In this document: positions 1-10,417 of the stretch, piece by piece
Layout: every line of letters starts with the position of its first letter
Position numbering within the stretch: position 1 is the first letter of the stretch
From: Thermoplasmatota archaeon
Lineage (GTDB): Archaea > Thermoplasmatota > Thermoplasmata > UBA10834
Length of the DNA stretch: 64,000 nucleotides
NCBI GenBank assembly: GCA_040751795.1
Contig: JBFMHR010000002.1
Coordinates: 192,001-256,000, forward strand
Direction of reading: 5' to 3'
Notes under the pieces: generated by a model
The model's database searches: none
Told to the model about the DNA's origin: nothing
Seen by the model: the letters and a program-made list of their open reading frames with translations, nothing else
Translations under genes and position numbers: made by a program

Positions 1-2
1 GC

Positions 3-215
3 GCCGGCCGCATAGAGGTAAGGCACCTCCTGACCGAGGCGGACACGTACAACAGGGAGGGCGAGGACCACACGGGCGTCCAGTTCGTCCTCTCGGACGT
101 GGACGAGGAGGCCGGGACGTTCACCATCCACAAGATCGACATGGACACGGGCTACAACGGGGAGATCTCGGGGAGGACGCTCCTCTTCGAGGTCACCATC
201 ATCAACATCACGTAG
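3..215 (+). CDS. C-terminal part of a probable FKBP-type peptidyl-prolyl isomerase (truncated by window edge)
   Basis: Frame from nt 3 reads ...GYNGEISGRTLLFEVTIINIT*, resembling the FKBP/SlyD C-terminal motif NHPLAGKTLxFEV. Confidence 0.55.
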   Translation, partial: AGRIEVRHLLTEADTYNREGEDHTGVQFVLSDVDEEAGTFTIHKIDMDTGYNGEISGRTLLFEVTIINIT

Positions 216-1077
216 GCCCTCCGGCCCCGTCCTGGTCGCCGACCAGCCTCGCCGACACGCGCCGCACCTGCCTGTCGACCGCCGCAAGCACCTTCTCGTT
301 GCCTGCCAGCATGGTCGCCCCCACCGCCAGGACGAGCCCGGCGAAGACGTCCGCGAGCCAGTGGACGCCCAGGTAGAGCACCGCGAACACGATCCCGACC
401 ACCGACGCCGCGAGGAAGTAGACGTACCCGCGCCTGTCCCACCCCGCCGACGCCAGCACCAGCATCGTCGTGAGGACTATGCTGACGTGCCCGCTGGGGA
501 AGTCGTTGTTGAGCGGGTCGACGCTCGTGACCACCCTGCCCCAGTTGGTGTTGATGTAGAGCAGGGGCGTGAGCCCGGAGTCCGAGTAGAAGCCCGTCAC
601 GGTCACCGGGAAGAACAGGTAGAACGGGATGAGGACGACGTAGTTGAACAGCATGGCCACCGAGTACCTCTTTATCGTCGCCCGGTCGTCCAGGCAGAGG
701 AGCAGGATCGGGGTGAAGTAGAGGATGAAGGTGAAGATCCAGACGTAGACGACTATGGACATGTCGACGAGGATCTGGTAGTCGAGCCTGTCCTGGAGGA
801 CCCTTATCGCGTCCCCGCTGATGCTGAATATCCAGTTGGTGTAGATGACCTCCTCCGTGGCCTCCTCCGGGTTCCTGATGGCGTTCTCGACAAGGGTCGT
901 CAGCGGGAGGACCGCCAGCAGCATGACGTAGCCCAGGTTGAGCTTGGCCGATGCGAGGGCCTTGCGCCACCAGAGGTCCTTCCACCCGATGAATATGAGC
1001 AGCCCTGCGAAGATGCCCACTATCATGGACACCGCGTAGGCGGCGATGAACAGGGGATAGGAGAGGGGCATTTCCAC
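208..1077 (-). CDS. PAP2-superfamily membrane protein (Aur1/inositol-phosphoceramide synthase-like)
   Basis: Multiple TM helices; PAP2 motifs NDFPSGH and HWLADV. Confidence 0.8.
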   Translation of the reverse strand: MEMPLSYPLFIAAYAVSMIVGIFAGLLIFIGWKDLWWRKALASAKLNLGYVMLLAVLPLTTLVENAIRNPEEATEEVIYTNWIFSISGDAIRVLQDRLDYQILVDMSIVVYVWIFTFILYFTPILLLCLDDRATIKRYSVAMLFNYVVLIPFYLFFPVTVTGFYSDSGLTPLLYINTNWGRVVTSVDPLNNDFPSGHVSIVLTTMLVLASAGWDRRGYVYFLAASVVGIVFAVLYLGVHWLADVFAGLVLAVGATMLAGNEKVLAAVDRQVRRVSARLVGDQDGAGGPT

Positions 1078-1121
1078 CTGGGAATCCCATCAGAGCCTGC
1101 GTAGAAATAACTTTGCTGGAC

Positions 1122-2297
1122 TCAGGGCTTCCTCCCCCAGATCTTCCAGCCGGTGTCCCTGGCGAGGACCTCCTCGGCGAGGGCGTAGGTCCTGACCAGC
1201 TTGTCCGTGCACGCGTCCACGGAGTACTCCCTGGCCGACGCGACGGCGTTCATCTTCATCGAGCTGGCCCTCGCGAGGCACCTCCTGATCCCCTCGGCGC
1301 ACGAGTCCTCCTCGAAGAGGCAGCCGTTCTTGCCCTCGGTGATGAACTCCGGGATCGCCCTGCACCTTATCCCCGCCACGGGGGTCCCCGAGGCGAGCGC
1401 CTCGAGCACCACGAGCCCCTGGGTCTCGAAGGTGGAGGCGAGCACCAGCATGTCCGCGGTGGCATATGCCTTGGGCAGGTCCTCGTCCGGGAGGAAGCCC
1501 GCGAAAACGACCCTGTCCGAGACGCCCAGGCTCTGGGCCATCGCCCTGTAGTGGTCGCAGGCGGGCCCCTTGCCGACGACGAGCAGCCTCAGGTCCGGCT
1601 CGTCCTTCCTCAGGCGGGCCATGGCCCTCAGGACTATGTCCAGCCTCTTCTCCATCGAGAGCCGCCCGACGTGGAGGGCCACCCTGTGCCCGTCGAGGCC
1701 GAAGCGCTCCAGGAACCCGCGGTCGTAGTTCTTCGGGGAGAACCTCGTGAGGTCCACCCCGGTGGGCACGACCTCGCAGGCGTGCATCCTCACGCCGTTG
1801 GCCAGGAGCTCCTCCTTGATGGGCGCGGACGGCGCGATGACCACCTCGGGCCTCCTCATCATGTTCCTCAGGTAGATCCAGACTGAGGGGACCAGGACGT
1901 CCTCCCGCATCGGCAGGAAGGAGTAGTACTTCACGGCCTCGTTGGCCATCGTGTGGAAAGTGAGGAGGTGCGGTATCTCCATGGCCCTGGCCGCAGTGAG
2001 GCTCAGTATGGCCATCGACGCGACGCCGTGGCAGTGCAGGATGTCGACCTTCTCCTTCCTGAGGTGCTCCATCATCCTCGGGGCCGCGTAGATTATGCGG
2101 TACCCCTTGTAGGACCTGAACTCCATGGAGGGGAAGTAGTAGACCTTCCTCGGGTAGTCCGGCCTCTCCGGGGTGTCGGGGGCGAAGACGACGACCTCGT
2201 GCCCCTTCGCCTCCAGGCCCCTGATCTGGGTCTCCATGGAGACGATGGCGCCGTCCACCGTGGGGTAGAAGGAGTCTGCGAACATCGCGACCTTCAG
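1122..2297 (-). CDS. Glycosyltransferase family 4 (GT-B)
   Basis: KVAMFADSFYP N-terminus, VGRLSMEK, ETQGLVVLEALASG. Probable CTG start at 2297 after a GGTGA SD; first ATG is at 2285. Confidence 0.9.
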   Translation of the reverse strand: MKVAMFADSFYPTVDGAIVSMETQIRGLEAKGHEVVVFAPDTPERPDYPRKVYYFPSMEFRSYKGYRIIYAAPRMMEHLRKEKVDILHCHGVASMAILSLTAARAMEIPHLLTFHTMANEAVKYYSFLPMREDVLVPSVWIYLRNMMRRPEVVIAPSAPIKEELLANGVRMHACEVVPTGVDLTRFSPKNYDRGFLERFGLDGHRVALHVGRLSMEKRLDIVLRAMARLRKDEPDLRLLVVGKGPACDHYRAMAQSLGVSDRVVFAGFLPDEDLPKAYATADMLVLASTFETQGLVVLEALASGTPVAGIRCRAIPEFITEGKNGCLFEEDSCAEGIRRCLARASSMKMNAVASAREYSVDACTDKLVRTYALAEEVLARDTGWKIWGRKP

Positions 2298-2301
2298 CGT
2301 C

Positions 2302-3627
2302 TCACCCTCTCGGCCTTCCGGCGACGGCCCTCTTGAGCTTCAGCACGACGTCCTGGGGCGACCGCCCCAGCAGCCTTATCATCGGCTCCTTGCCGACCCC
2401 GCCCCTGTCGAATATGGCGTCGGGGACGCTCCCCCGCCTGTCTATGGCGTCCAGGACTCCCCATGTCATGGAGGAGACGCCCCTGGGTTCCTTCGCCCTG
2501 TCGAAGGACGCGACCGAGAGCTTAGCCCTCCTGCAGAGGGAGAGGTTGTCCTCGGAGTACTTGATGTTCATGGCGCACCTGGCTTCCGGGTCCCTGGACG
2601 ACGCGGCCAGCACTATCCTCGCGACGTGCTTCGACGCGCCGAACCTGGCGCAGCCTATCCTCTTGGCCCTGGTGCCGCACCTCGCTATCCTCCCCTCGAA
2701 GGCCGCGACCTCGTCGGGCTCAAGGGCTCCCAGGACAGCATAGCCCATGTTCGTGCCCACCTCGGGCAGCAGGGACGCGTCCATGGTCTCCTCCAGGAGG
2801 GCGGCGGCGTCTTCCAGCTCCTGCAGCATGGACGCCTTCTGCGCCTCGATCCTCAGGATCGCCAGCGGGTTGGCGCAGGGGACCCCGAGCCCGACCCTCT
2901 CCCTCGCCAGGACCGCCTTGTATATCATCGACTTGGACGTGCGGACGGCCTCCTCCAGCTCGAGGCCGAGGGCGAGGTTCCCGGCGATGAGGGACGCCAG
3001 GGTGCAGCCGGTCCCGTGCACTTCGACGTCCAGCCTGGGCGAGGCGACCTTGACTGTCCTGCCGTCCCAGCAGAGGTAGTCCGCCGCCTCGGAGCCCTTG
3101 AGGTGCCCCCCCTTCACCAGGACGGCGTCGGGGCCCAGCTCCAGTATCTCCCGGGCGGCCCTCTTGGCGCTCCTCTCGTCCCTCACCCTGACGCCGGACA
3201 GCCGCTCCGCCTCCGCGAGGTTGGGGGTCACGAGCGCGCTCATCGGCAGGAGCCTGGATATCAGCGCCTCCACGAAGCCCGCGACGTGCAGCTCGCTCCC
3301 GGTCGTGGCGGCCATCACCGGGTCGACCACGATCGGCGCGCGCACCCCCTTGAGGCCGGTGCTGACCGTCCTGACGATCTCGGCGCTGTAGAGCATCCCC
3401 GTCTTCACCGCGTCCAGCTTCACGTCCTCCAGGACGGAGTCGAGCTGGTTGGCCACCTCCCCCGGGGGCACCGGGAAGATGGACGAGACACCCCTGGTGT
3501 TCTGCGAGGTGACGCAGGTGACGACGGAGCAGCCGTGGACGCCTAGGGCCTCGAATGCCTTCAGGTCCGCCTGGAGCCCCGCCCCGCCAACGGAATCGGA
3601 GCCGGCGACGGTGAGCGCGTTCGCCAT
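2302..3627 (-). CDS. thiD: Bifunctional HMP/HMP-P kinase with C-terminal ThiN thiamine-phosphate synthase domain (ThiDN)
   Basis: [31 protein letters not shown]; ThiN motifs [23 protein letters not shown]. Confidence 0.93.
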   Translation of the reverse strand: MANALTVAGSDSVGGAGLQADLKAFEALGVHGCSVVTCVTSQNTRGVSSIFPVPPGEVANQLDSVLEDVKLDAVKTGMLYSAEIVRTVSTGLKGVRAPIVVDPVMAATTGSELHVAGFVEALISRLLPMSALVTPNLAEAERLSGVRVRDERSAKRAAREILELGPDAVLVKGGHLKGSEAADYLCWDGRTVKVASPRLDVEVHGTGCTLASLIAGNLALGLELEEAVRTSKSMIYKAVLARERVGLGVPCANPLAILRIEAQKASMLQELEDAAALLEETMDASLLPEVGTNMGYAVLGALEPDEVAAFEGRIARCGTRAKRIGCARFGASKHVARIVLAASSRDPEARCAMNIKYSEDNLSLCRRAKLSVASFDRAKEPRGVSSMTWGVLDAIDRRGSVPDAIFDRGGVGKEPMIRLLGRSPQDVVLKLKRAVAGRPRG

Positions 3628-3723
3628 CGGCGGCTCAATCGCATACTGCCGATAAATCACTTGTGCCAACGGGCCTGGGAGCGCACCACCGTTATATACA
3701 CGATACCCCATCAGAACGGCTCG

Positions 3724-4101
3724 ATGAAGGCTGAGTCCGGCCACATAGTGTTCAAGGGCAAGTTCAAGTGGAAGGACCTGAAGGGCTGCTTCGAGGAGGT
3801 CCTCAAGGCCTTCCTCCAGGAGACGGACCAGGTCCCGGACGAGGAGGACATCTTCCAGATGTTCCTCCGGATCAACATGATGGACATCGAGAAGAACAGG
3901 AAGCCGGAGGGCTTCAACCGGAGGGGCCGCCTGAGGCTGGTCTTCCCGAACAGCCCCGACCGCAGGGAGATGTACATCAGGTCGGAGACCAAGACCGCCG
4001 AGGTCGTGAGGGTCACCGAGAAGCTCAGCAGGATGCTCAAGAAGGCCGGCGTCCCCCACACTGTCGAGTGGGACCAGCTCAAGCACCTCCAGCAGGCCTG
4101 A
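3724..4101 (+). CDS. Hypothetical protein (125 aa)
   Basis: ATG downstream of a TTATATA box; GC3-rich codon usage like neighbouring genes; no recognised motif. Confidence 0.7.
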   Translation: MKAESGHIVFKGKFKWKDLKGCFEEVLKAFLQETDQVPDEEDIFQMFLRINMMDIEKNRKPEGFNRRGRLRLVFPNSPDRREMYIRSETKTAEVVRVTEKLSRMLKKAGVPHTVEWDQLKHLQQA

Positions 4102-4141
4102 AGGCGCGCCGGACATCACGTCTTCCAGAGTCGCTGCTCAC

Positions 4142-6145
4142 ATGGACGTCAAGAAGCGCGTGGAGTCGGCAGTCGCCGAGACCTCCTCCCTGGACGGGAT
4201 GAGGCGTTCTTTCAAGACGATCAAGGACAGGCAGGCGGAGAACTCGAAGCGCATTGCCGACCTCGGGGCGCGCAAGGAGCGCCTCAGGGCGATGAAGGAG
4301 GCGGCCGTGGGAGACAAGACCCTCCTCGAGCAGGCCGTCGCCACCCTGAGGGGGAACGGGTTCAGGGTCGTCCTGGCCAAGACCAGGGACGCGGCCCTCA
4401 AGGCCATCCGCGAGGAGGTCCGGGGCTACGACCTCGTCGTCAAGTCCAAGTCGAACGTGACCAAGGACCTCCACCTCGCCGAGCACCTCGGCCGCGAGGG
4501 GATCGAGGTCGTGGAGACCGACCTGGGGGACAGGATCATACAGCTCGCAGGGTGCCCAGCCGCGCACCCGACCGGCCCCGCGTGCCACATGACCCGGCAG
4601 GAGATCGCCGCGCTCTTCACGGGGCACTTCGGCCGCCCTGTCTCGGACGACCCGATGGAGCTCACATCGACGATGCGCGACGAGATCGCCTCGTACCTGG
4701 CCAGGGCGAAGGTGGGCATCACCGGGGCGAACGCGGTGACCGCGTCGGAGGGGGCGGTCGTCATAGTGCACAACGAGGGCAACGCCGCCAAGTGCGCGAT
4801 GCTCCCTGACAGGCACATAGTCGTGACGACCCCGGACAAGGTCGTCCCGACCCTGGAGGACGCGATGGCGGTGGTCAAGCTCCAGACCTACCTCTCGACT
4901 GGCAAGGTCCTCAGCTCCTTCATCAACGTCATCACCGGCCCGAGCTACACCGCTGACATCGAGAAGAAGGTCTACAGGGGGATGCACGGGCCGAAGGACG
5001 TCGTCATAGTCATGGTCGACGACGGCAGGCTGGCCGCGGAGGACAAGGAGCCGCAGCTCTGCATCGGCTGCGGGATGTGCCTCATCGAGTGCCCAGTGTA
5101 CAACGCCGTCGGCCCGGTCTTCGGGACCTCCGGGCACATGGGGGGGCACGGCGCCTACCTGAGCGGCTCCCTCGGCAGGCTGGAGGAGTCCCTGGACGCG
5201 GGGCTGTACCTATGCGCCGAGTGCGGGGCGTGCACGGAGGTGTGCCCGTCCAGGATTGACACGAAGGGCGGGGTGAAGGGCCTCAGGGGGCAGAGCCGTT
5301 CGAAGGGCGCCGGGACGATGCCCGAGCACGACGCCGTCGTGGCCAGCATCAGGAACTACGACAACCCCTGGAGCGTCCCCAGGTCGCAGAAGTCGAAGTG
5401 GTCGAAGGGGCTCGGCCTGAAGCCGCGGGGCGAGGTCCTCTACTTCGCCGGCTGCTCCGCGTCGCTCCTCTCGCCCGAGACGGGCGCCAAGATGGTGGAG
5501 GTCTTCAGGGCGATGGGCACGGAGCCGGCCTACCTGGGCCAGTCGGAGAGGTGCTGCGGCTCGATGCTCAGGAAGATCGGCGAGGAGGCGCTGGCCAGGA
5601 AGAAGGCAGAGGAGTGCTTCGCCGACTTCGCGAAGGGCGGGGCGAGGACAGTAGTAACATCGTGCCCCGGGTGCGCGTCCGCGCTCAACCACTTCGAGGA
5701 CCTCCCCGAGGCCCACGGGGTCGAGGTCCTCCATGTCTCCCAGTACCTGGACAGGCACATCGACAGGGTCCCCGTGCAGCGGCTCAGGAAGCTGGGGAAG
5801 GTGACGTTCCACGACCCCTGCGACCTCGGGCGTGCGCTGGGAATCTACGACGAGCCGCGGCGCGTGCTCGCAGCCGTGACGGGGTCTCCGCCGGTCGAGA
5901 TGGAGCGATCGAGGGAGCACTCGTACTGCTGCGGGTCGGGCGCGGGGGTGAGGAGCGCCTTCCCCGCCCTCTCGGACCAGGTATCCAGGGACAGGCTGCG
6001 AATGGCGCGGGAGGCCGGCGCGGACATGGTGGTCACATCCTGCCCGTGGTGCGTCCAGAGCCTGAGGCAGTGCCAGGATGGGGAAGCCAAGACAGAAGTC
6101 TTCGACCTGGTCGACCTGGTGCACAGGGCCATCAGGAAGGGCTGA
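4142..6145 (+). CDS. LUD domain / 4Fe-4S / CCG-domain fusion oxidoreductase (LutB/LldF-like fused to a LutA/HdrD-like part)
   Basis: VKSKSNVT, ETDLGDRIIQL, GPSYTADIEK (LUD); CIGCGMCLIECP and CAECGACTEVCP; CCG motifs and HDPC. Confidence 0.88.
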   Translation: MDVKKRVESAVAETSSLDGMRRSFKTIKDRQAENSKRIADLGARKERLRAMKEAAVGDKTLLEQAVATLRGNGFRVVLAKTRDAALKAIREEVRGYDLVVKSKSNVTKDLHLAEHLGREGIEVVETDLGDRIIQLAGCPAAHPTGPACHMTRQEIAALFTGHFGRPVSDDPMELTSTMRDEIASYLARAKVGITGANAVTASEGAVVIVHNEGNAAKCAMLPDRHIVVTTPDKVVPTLEDAMAVVKLQTYLSTGKVLSSFINVITGPSYTADIEKKVYRGMHGPKDVVIVMVDDGRLAAEDKEPQLCIGCGMCLIECPVYNAVGPVFGTSGHMGGHGAYLSGSLGRLEESLDAGLYLCAECGACTEVCPSRIDTKGGVKGLRGQSRSKGAGTMPEHDAVVASIRNYDNPWSVPRSQKSKWSKGLGLKPRGEVLYFAGCSASLLSPETGAKMVEVFRAMGTEPAYLGQSERCCGSMLRKIGEEALARKKAEECFADFAKGGARTVVTSCPGCASALNHFEDLPEAHGVEVLHVSQYLDRHIDRVPVQRLRKLGKVTFHDPCDLGRALGIYDEPRRVLAAVTGSPPVEMERSREHSYCCGSGAGVRSAFPALSDQVSRDRLRMAREAGADMVVTSCPWCVQSLRQCQDGEAKTEVFDLVDLVHRAIRKG

Positions 6146-6719
6146 CCGGCGGCGCCCCAGGGCTCCCCGCCAGCGGCGCCTCCTTCACGGTCTGGTACGT
6201 CGGCCCCTGGGGGCAGAGGGTGCTCTTCTTCAGCCTTATCGCGTCGAACCTGTAGGTGCCGAAGTCGGAGGCGGCCCTCTCCCTCAGCATCGCCTGGACG
6301 GCCCCCATCCTAGCGGGGCTCCTCGCCCTCGCGATGGTGAGGTGCGCCCTGAAGCCCTTCTGGTCCCTCTCGAACCCCAGGTCCTTCATCGAGGCGTCCA
6401 GCCTCTGGGCGATCTCCGCGAGCGGCTGAGCGTCCTCGATCCCGACCCACACGACCCTTATGTTGGAGAGCGACGGGAAGGCGCCCATGCCCAGGAGCCT
6501 CACGGAGAACGGGGGGACGCCCTCGACCGCCTGGGCCATCCTCGCGGATATATCGTCCACCAGCCCCTCGTCGGTCTCCCCCAGGAACTTGAGGGTCACA
6601 TGCAGCAGCTCGGGCCTCACGACCTTCAGGTCCGCGCCCGACCGCCTCAGCTGTACGAGGATGTCCTTCAGCGGGTCGTTCGCCTCTATCTCGGCCGCGA
6701 TGAAAGCCCTGAAGCTCAT
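6132..6719 (-). CDS. thpR: RNA 2',3'-cyclic phosphodiesterase (2H family, LigT/ThpR)
   Basis: Two HxT motifs, HVTLKF and HLTIAR; C-terminal GPTY. Confidence 0.92.
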   Translation of the reverse strand: MSFRAFIAAEIEANDPLKDILVQLRRSGADLKVVRPELLHVTLKFLGETDEGLVDDISARMAQAVEGVPPFSVRLLGMGAFPSLSNIRVVWVGIEDAQPLAEIAQRLDASMKDLGFERDQKGFRAHLTIARARSPARMGAVQAMLRERAASDFGTYRFDAIRLKKSTLCPQGPTYQTVKEAPLAGSPGAPPVSPS

Positions 6720-6767
6720 CAAACAGGAGTATCCATCAGGCGGTATTTCGCATTTGCCGGACGGGGC

Positions 6768-7538
6768 TCAGCCGGTGCGCACCCGCCGGTGCCGACGGTC
6801 CAGCTGCCTGATCTTGCCCCTCATGACGCCGACCCCTATGATGACCATCGTGAAGGCGGCGACGAGGCCTATCAGGTAGGCGGAGTCACCCAGGGTGTCG
6901 TAGTAGACCACGCCGAACGAGGCGGCGAAGTTGAACCCGCCGTGCATGACCACCGCGCCGAGGTAGTAGGGCATCCAGCTCTTGCCCTGCAGCGCGCTCC
7001 TCGCTATGCCCAGGCCGACCAGGGACGACGCCGTCGCGTGCAGGAGGGCCGACGAGAGGCTGCGCAGGACCGCGGTCGCGGCCCACGCCTCGACGCCGTC
7101 GGCGAGGTACGCCGTGCTCTCGTAGAGGAGGTTCTCGGTCGCCGCGAAGCCGAGGCCGGCGGCCGCGCCGTAGACGATGCCGTTCTCGATCTCCATGAGC
7201 ATCCCCCTCCTCTTCACCCTGAGGACCCCGAGCGCCTTGGTGAGCTCCTCGACGACGGGGGCGATGACGCACGCGACGACGAGGGTCGGGACGGACGGGT
7301 TCTCGCCCAGGAACTGGTACACCCTCTCTATGTTCTGGTCGAACAGCGCTATGAGGATGAGCTCGAAGAGGACCGCCATGATGACGGAGAGGACCGCTCC
7401 GTACGCGAATACCTTGATGAGAGTGCCGTAGGGCTCCCTGGAGTGCTTCTCGGTGTTCCTGATCCAGACCAGGTAGAGCAGCGACGGCGCGAACGCGACG
7501 AGTATCAGGGCCGACCAGAACAGGATGTCGTCGTCCAC
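6768..7538 (-). CDS. PrsW-family intramembrane glutamic protease
   Basis: APVVEELTK, GLGFAATEN, LLHA, MHGGFN motifs; multiple TM helices. Confidence 0.9.
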   Translation of the reverse strand: MDDDILFWSALILVAFAPSLLYLVWIRNTEKHSREPYGTLIKVFAYGAVLSVIMAVLFELILIALFDQNIERVYQFLGENPSVPTLVVACVIAPVVEELTKALGVLRVKRRGMLMEIENGIVYGAAAGLGFAATENLLYESTAYLADGVEAWAATAVLRSLSSALLHATASSLVGLGIARSALQGKSWMPYYLGAVVMHGGFNFAASFGVVYYDTLGDSAYLIGLVAAFTMVIIGVGVMRGKIRQLDRRHRRVRTG

Positions 7539-7677
7539 GCGGGCACCACCAGCGTGATAAGTGTGTCCCTATATAAACACAACAAAAACCTTGGCGAGGA
7601 CGCCTCCAGGCGTCGTGCCGGGAGATGCCTCGCTCGGAACATCTTGGAAGGACGGAAGTCGGGTTTGGGAGGATCGC

Positions 7678-7851
7678 TCAGTCCTCGAGCTTGATCGCGT
7701 TGTTCGGGCACTCGTCGACGCAGGCGCCGCAGTCGAGGCACTTCTTCTCGTCGACGACGGCGACGTCCTCGCAGGTTATGGCGCCCTCAGGGCATACATC
7801 GACGCATGCTCCACACGCAACGCACTCGTCCTTGTTGATCTTCGCTGGCAT
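7678..7851 (-). CDS. 2x[4Fe-4S] ferredoxin (57 aa; missing from ORF track)
   Basis: [57 protein letters not shown]; two CxxCxxCxxxCP motifs; GGAGGT SD. Confidence 0.95.
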   Translation of the reverse strand: MPAKINKDECVACGACVDVCPEGAITCEDVAVVDEKKCLDCGACVDECPNNAIKLED

Positions 7852-8044
7852 CTGACTACCTCCGTAGTGATTGCGGGGATTGTATCCCTGGATATAAACT
7901 TATTCAACCGAATCCGGCGCTGTTAGATTTATATTCGATACAACCTTAGAAATTCTGGCCGATGGGCCTGGAGGCCGCATCTGTCCCTGCCTTCGCCCGC
8001 CAATCGGGAAAGTATTAGGCTGGCGGAGGCGATGGCGCCCCGCC

Positions 8045-9121
8045 ATGAGCGGGACGAACGTCGGCAGATGGCTTTTCACGCACGAGGGCGTCGTCGAGGG
8101 GTACCTCCGCGTGGAAGGGGACTCCGTGGCGGAGGTCTGCAGGGGCAGGGCACCGGGAGGCTCCAGCAGGGCCATCGTGTTGCCGGCGTTCGTGAACGCG
8201 CACACACACATCGGCGACACCTTCGCGTACCCCGCCCCCAAGGGCTCGGTCGAGGAGATCGTTGCCCCGCCCAACGGGTACAAGCACCGTATGCTACGTA
8301 CCGCGTCCAGGGCCCAGAAGGTCGACGGGATGAGGGCGTCCATCGAGGTCATGGCCCGCACCGGGACCTGCGCCTTCCTGGACTTCAGGGAGGAGGGCCC
8401 CGATGGCATCCAGATGATCAGGGAGTCGGCGACGGCATCCCCTGTGTCGGCGATAGTTCTGGGCAGGCCGGTCCACAGCAACATGACGTCCCGCGCCTTG
8501 GAGGAGTTCGTCTCCGGGTGCGACGGCCTCGGGATGAGCTCCCTGCGCGACTGGCCGCGCGACCTGCTCCAGAGGGCGTCGAAGGCCGCGAAGGACAGCC
8601 ACAAGCTCTTCGGGCTCCACGCGAGCGAGGTGGTGAGGGAGGACATCGATGCCATACTGGACCTCAGGCCCGACTTCCTGGTCCACATGACCGCCGCCAG
8701 CGAGAGCGACATCGCCGCTGTGGCCGAGGCTGGGGTCCCCGTCGTGGTCTGCCCGAGGTCGAACGAGTTCTTCGGGATCGACCCGCGCATACCTCAGCTC
8801 CTCGCCGCCGGGGTCGAGGTCGCGCTCGGCACGGACAACGGGATGATATGCAGGCCGGACATGTTGGAGGAGCTCCGCGCCGCCCGCCGGATGAGCTCCC
8901 GCCATGGGGGCCTGGCTCCCGTCGACGCGATACGTCTGGCGACCATCTCAGGGCGCAAAGTATTAAATGCGGAACGGGACATAACTACGGAAATCGAACA
9001 CACTGACGACCTCGTGGTGGTAGAGGTGAAGGGGGACGACCCCCTCGAAGAGGTGGTCTCCGCCACAGGTCCCGCGAGAGTCGCGGCGGTGTCCCGCGGA
9101 GGAAGGCTACGGAGGCTTTGA
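8045..9121 (+). CDS. Amidohydrolase-family metal-dependent hydrolase
   Basis: PAFVNAHTHIGD, LHASE, VHMT, CPRSN, LGTDN. Confidence 0.88.
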   Translation: MSGTNVGRWLFTHEGVVEGYLRVEGDSVAEVCRGRAPGGSSRAIVLPAFVNAHTHIGDTFAYPAPKGSVEEIVAPPNGYKHRMLRTASRAQKVDGMRASIEVMARTGTCAFLDFREEGPDGIQMIRESATASPVSAIVLGRPVHSNMTSRALEEFVSGCDGLGMSSLRDWPRDLLQRASKAAKDSHKLFGLHASEVVREDIDAILDLRPDFLVHMTAASESDIAAVAEAGVPVVVCPRSNEFFGIDPRIPQLLAAGVEVALGTDNGMICRPDMLEELRAARRMSSRHGGLAPVDAIRLATISGRKVLNAERDITTEIEHTDDLVVVEVKGDDPLEEVVSATGPARVAAVSRGGRLRRL

Positions 9122-9122
9122 A

Positions 9123-9560
9123 TTGGAGGCCATCAAGAAGATACTCATCGCGACGGACGGGTCCGATTACACGAAGGAGGCGGTGTCGTACGGCCTGTGG
9201 CTGGCCAAGGAGCTGGGCGCGGAGGTCACCGCCCTCTACGTCATCGACCAGACGTCCTTCGTGAGCTTCCCGATGGACTCCTCGATAGTCAGCGTCTACT
9301 CCCTGCTCGAGAACGAGGGCAAGCGCGCCGTCGACGAGGTCAAGCAGGAGGGCGACGCGGCCGGGGTGAAGGTAACCCCGATGGTCCTCGAGGGGTCGCC
9401 CACGAGGAAGATAGTGGAGGCAGCCGCCGGGTTCGACCTGGTCGTCCTCGGCACGCTGGGCCGGTCCGCACTCACCAAGCTCTTCATGGGGAGCGTCGCA
9501 GAGAGGGTCACGAGGTTCGCCCCGTGCCCCGTCCTGGTCGTCAGGACCAGAAAGAGGTGA
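9123..9560 (+). CDS. Universal stress protein (UspA family)
   Basis: KKILIATDGS, DLVVLGTLGRS...GSVAERV, PCPVLVV; TTG start. Confidence 0.93.
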   Translation: MEAIKKILIATDGSDYTKEAVSYGLWLAKELGAEVTALYVIDQTSFVSFPMDSSIVSVYSLLENEGKRAVDEVKQEGDAAGVKVTPMVLEGSPTRKIVEAAAGFDLVVLGTLGRSALTKLFMGSVAERVTRFAPCPVLVVRTRKR

Positions 9561-9568
9561 CACGCCGG

Positions 9569-10411
9569 ATGAAGGTCAAGGAGATAATGACAGAGAACCC
9601 GATAGTCGCCGAGCTCCCCGGCACCCGCTCCGAGGTGCTCAAGCAGCTCGTGAAGCACAACATCACGGGCATGCCCGTCGTCAAGTCGAGCGACGGGACC
9701 CTCGCGGGCTTCGTCACGAGGCAGGACATATTCTCGAAGCCGGAGGAGGAGCAGCTCGCGCTGGTGATGAGGCGCGACTACCCGACCATCAACATCAACG
9801 CCAGCGTGAAGGACGCTGCGCGGATCATGGTCGACCAGGACCTCAGCCACCTGCCGGTCGTGGAGAAGGGCAAGCTCGCCGGCATAATCACCCCGACCGA
9901 CCTGCTGATAGTCGTCGAGAAGACGAACCCGCAGGTCTCGGTAGAGGAGATAGTGAGGTCCCCGTGCATACCCATCTACTACAACGCGCCGCTGACCGTC
10001 GCCCTCGCGACCTTCAGGGCGGCCAAGGTCGTTGCGCTGCCGGTCCTGGACGACGAGGCGAAGCTCGTGGGCATCATCACCGACAGGGACATATTCAACC
10101 AGACGGTCGTGGACAGGACCGTCGCGATGAGCGACCTCGGCATAAGCGACGAGGACGACAACTGGACATGGGAGGGCCTCAGGAACGTCATGAAGCTCTG
10201 GTACGAGGTCTCCAAGGTCGACCTCCCCAAGCTCACCGTGAAGGAGATCATGGTCAGGAACCCGATGACCGTCTTCAGGAAGACCCTCGTCGGGGACGCG
10301 GCCAGGACGATGAGGAAGAACGACTTCGGCCAGCTCCCGGTGAGGGACTCGAAGGACAACCTCGTTGCGATGATTTATGACATAGACGTGGTATCCACTC
10401 TCGCGAAGTGA
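9569..10411 (+). CDS. CBS-domain protein (four CBS repeats)
   Basis: MKVKEIMT, GMPVV, HLPVV..GIIT, LPVLD..LVGIITDRD, QLPV; GAGGTGA SD. Confidence 0.9.
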   Translation: MKVKEIMTENPIVAELPGTRSEVLKQLVKHNITGMPVVKSSDGTLAGFVTRQDIFSKPEEEQLALVMRRDYPTININASVKDAARIMVDQDLSHLPVVEKGKLAGIITPTDLLIVVEKTNPQVSVEEIVRSPCIPIYYNAPLTVALATFRAAKVVALPVLDDEAKLVGIITDRDIFNQTVVDRTVAMSDLGISDEDDNWTWEGLRNVMKLWYEVSKVDLPKLTVKEIMVRNPMTVFRKTLVGDAARTMRKNDFGQLPVRDSKDNLVAMIYDIDVVSTLAK

Positions 10412-10417
10412 TGCTGC

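Noticed and set aside
3628-4119. N-terminal extensions of the thiD ORF, and likewise of the rad50, mtmB, aspartate kinase, NUDIX and CBS ORFs
   Set aside because: They overlap real neighbouring genes; internal starts match the family N-termini, several with an SD.
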